Part shown: one piece after another, positions 62,219-64,000 of the stretch | Layout: the number at the start of each line of letters is the position of its first letter | How positions within the stretch are numbered: position 1 is the first letter of the stretch | DNA from: Candidatus Poribacteria bacterium | GTDB lineage: Bacteria > Poribacteria > WGA-4E > PCPOR2b | Length of the DNA stretch: 64,000 bases | Assembly: GCA_965116925.1 (NCBI GenBank) | Contig: OZ220744.1 | Location: 6,272,001-6,336,000, forward strand | Reading direction: 5' to 3' | The notes under the pieces: model-generated | Told to the model about the DNA's origin: nothing | The model's database searches: none | The model's input: only the letters and a program-made list of their open reading frames with translations | Made by a program: the position numbers and the translations under genes

Positions 62219-63292
62219 CTATTGACGACTTTTGAGCTCTCCCCATATCGTCGCTAGCTTATCTTGAGGTTCGACCGAAAACTTATCAGGGAAGGGCCAA
62301 CCGGGTGGCTGATAGACATGCGTGCCATTTTCGTCACCCGCACCGCCCGACCAACCGGCAGCGACATAAATCTTGCCCTCCGCAACCGCATGTCCATAAC
62401 TGGACTTCGCCTTCGGCATACGTGCCCCCATACGGTTCCAGTCGTCTTTCTCTGGCGAATATTCCCAGACATCGTCATAGAAGGTCCAATCCGGGTCGTT
62501 AACGCCTCCATCAACGCCCCCTTTGCCCTTCCATTTCTGACCGCCCATGACATAAATTTTACCGCTATTGACAAAGCCAGCGGAGAAATTATGCAACGGT
62601 CGCTGTAGTTTTTTCTTGGGCGTCCATGTCTCCGTTCTGGTGTCATATTCATCCACGTCTATGGTTGATTCCTCGTGGGTGAAATCGGTCGCGCCACCAA
62701 AGATATAAATTTTCCCCTTGGCTGCAATGCCGGCAGCGGCTGCCCCCCATCTCGGATTCGGCATATCCGCCTTCTTCTCCCAAGTGTCCGTCGTGGGGTT
62801 ATATACCTCGATCGCCGGGGACGGGAAGAAGAGGTCACTCGCACCACCGATGACGTAAATATTCGAACTCATTGCGACCACCATCGGCGCAATTCTTGGG
62901 GTCGGCATATCCGCCTTGTTGTTCCAAACGTCATTTTTGGGGTCGTATTCTTGGACGCTACCCAAAGCGGCTATCCCATCGAAGGTTCCCCCAAAGACAT
63001 AAATCTTCCCCCTGAAAGTGACCGCAGCGTGCCGAACCCGACCTTGCGGTATCTCCTTTCTCTCTTCCCATTTACCCTTTGCTATGTCGAATCCTTCTAC
63101 TTTTGAAATCTTGGGGCTATCATCCTGCCCAGCGATGGCGTAAACCGTGTCACCCACCGCGGCAGCGGCTAAACCCCATCGACCCGTTGGGATAGGTTCC
63201 AACTCTCTCCAAGCTCCAAAGCCTGCCGCCGAAAAGCCGAACAAGCCACATAACAGCAATCCCACTAACATCTGATATCTTGCCCGTTTCAT
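62219..63292 (-). CDS. Exported Kelch-repeat protein with C-terminal KLATIWG motif
   Basis: Close paralog of 61031..62107. Confidence 0.9.
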   Translation of the reverse strand: MKRARYQMLVGLLLCGLFGFSAAGFGAWRELEPIPTGRWGLAAAAVGDTVYAIAGQDDSPKISKVEGFDIAKGKWEERKEIPQGRVRHAAVTFRGKIYVFGGTFDGIAALGSVQEYDPKNDVWNNKADMPTPRIAPMVVAMSSNIYVIGGASDLFFPSPAIEVYNPTTDTWEKKADMPNPRWGAAAAGIAAKGKIYIFGGATDFTHEESTIDVDEYDTRTETWTPKKKLQRPLHNFSAGFVNSGKIYVMGGQKWKGKGGVDGGVNDPDWTFYDDVWEYSPEKDDWNRMGARMPKAKSSYGHAVAEGKIYVAAGWSGGAGDENGTHVYQPPGWPFPDKFSVEPQDKLATIWGELKSRQ

Positions 63293-63384
63293 GGTACAGA
63301 CCTCCTGTCAAAGATTTAGTGTAGTTCCCCTCCAGAGAACTCTCCGCTTTCCGAGCTGAGTGCTAGTTGGCTCCAAAATATTCA

Positions 63385-64000
63385 CTACCGACGGCGTTTA
63401 ATATCGCCCCATTTCGTCGCTATCTTGTCTTTGGGTGTGACCGAAAACGCTTTCGGGAAGGGCCAGCCATCCGGCGTGTAGACTTCTGTCTCTCTCCGGG
63501 GCCCACCGCCTCCGTGCCCGCCGACCGCATAAATCTTCCCATCAAGCACAGCAGTTGCCAATGTTGCCCGTCCGGTTGGCATCTGATCCTTTAGCCTCGA
63601 CCACCTGTTCTTCTCTAAATCGTATTCAAAGACGGTCCAATGCAGGATCCACCCTTCAATCGGCTGACCATCTCTTTCATTGCCGTTAAAGGTCCTTCCT
63701 CCAATAGCGTAAGCCTTTCCACTGTTAACAAAACTCACCGACATATCGTAATAGTCGAGTGGCATCTTGGCTTTAGGGGTCCAAGTGTCCGTCTTCGGAT
63801 CGTATTCCTCGGTCAGGTCGGTATACTTCTGATGGGTGTTATCCACGGCACCGCCACAGATGTAAATCTTCCCCTTCGCAGCAAAAACCCCCGCCCCCCA
63901 TCTCGGATTCGGCATATCCGCTTTCTTCTCCCATGAGTCGTTTACAGGGTCGTAAACCTCAACCGCAGCAGACGGGAAAAAGAAAGAGTCCGCACCGCCG
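63385..64000 (-). CDS. Kelch-repeat protein, third paralog (5' end outside the window)
   Basis: Kelch blades; C-terminus FSVTPKDKIATKWGDIKRRR. Confidence 0.85.
   Translation of the reverse strand, partial: GGADSFFFPSAAVEVYDPVNDSWEKKADMPNPRWGAGVFAAKGKIYICGGAVDNTHQKYTDLTEEYDPKTDTWTPKAKMPLDYYDMSVSFVNSGKAYAIGGRTFNGNERDGQPIEGWILHWTVFEYDLEKNRWSRLKDQMPTGRATLATAVLDGKIYAVGGHGGGGPRRETEVYTPDGWPFPKAFSVTPKDKIATKWGDIKRRR

Overview
Bacterial chromosomal window, probably Candidatus Poribacteria or a relative. This is an inference from the short C-terminal 'V..(K/R/Q)(G/D)KLAT.WG.LK' tails, NYPNPF-type C-terminal domains, PhyH and sulfatase-like genes and Kelch proteins. The left part (1-29 kb) holds a partial TPR/alpha-2-macroglobulin gene and a run of catabolic enzymes (sulfatase-like, PhyH, CE7 esterase, GGT, GH32-like, enolase-superfamily, Zn-dehydrogenase, enoyl-CoA hydratase, CoA-transferase), an orphan DNA adenine methylase and a THUMP rRNA methylase. 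The centre (29.7-37.6 kb) has a decayed REP-associated tyrosine transposase (RAYT) followed by six co-oriented small membrane-anchored coiled-coil genes, each with its own related sigma70-type promoter and separated by mosaics of REP-like palindromes; this looks like a gene-cassette array. The right part encodes two giant Ig-repeat exported proteins with T9SS/FlgD-like C-terminal domains, a PorV-like barrel, a LysM protein, a degenerate AccA-like protein, and four proteins sharing a short C-terminal motif. Intergenic DNA is saturated with many REP families, three broken Y1/HUH transposase genes, and at least five families of TIR/TSD-bounded MITEs that carry REPs inside. No rRNA, tRNA or CRISPR array was recognised. 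All calls are by eye from motifs; no database search was run.
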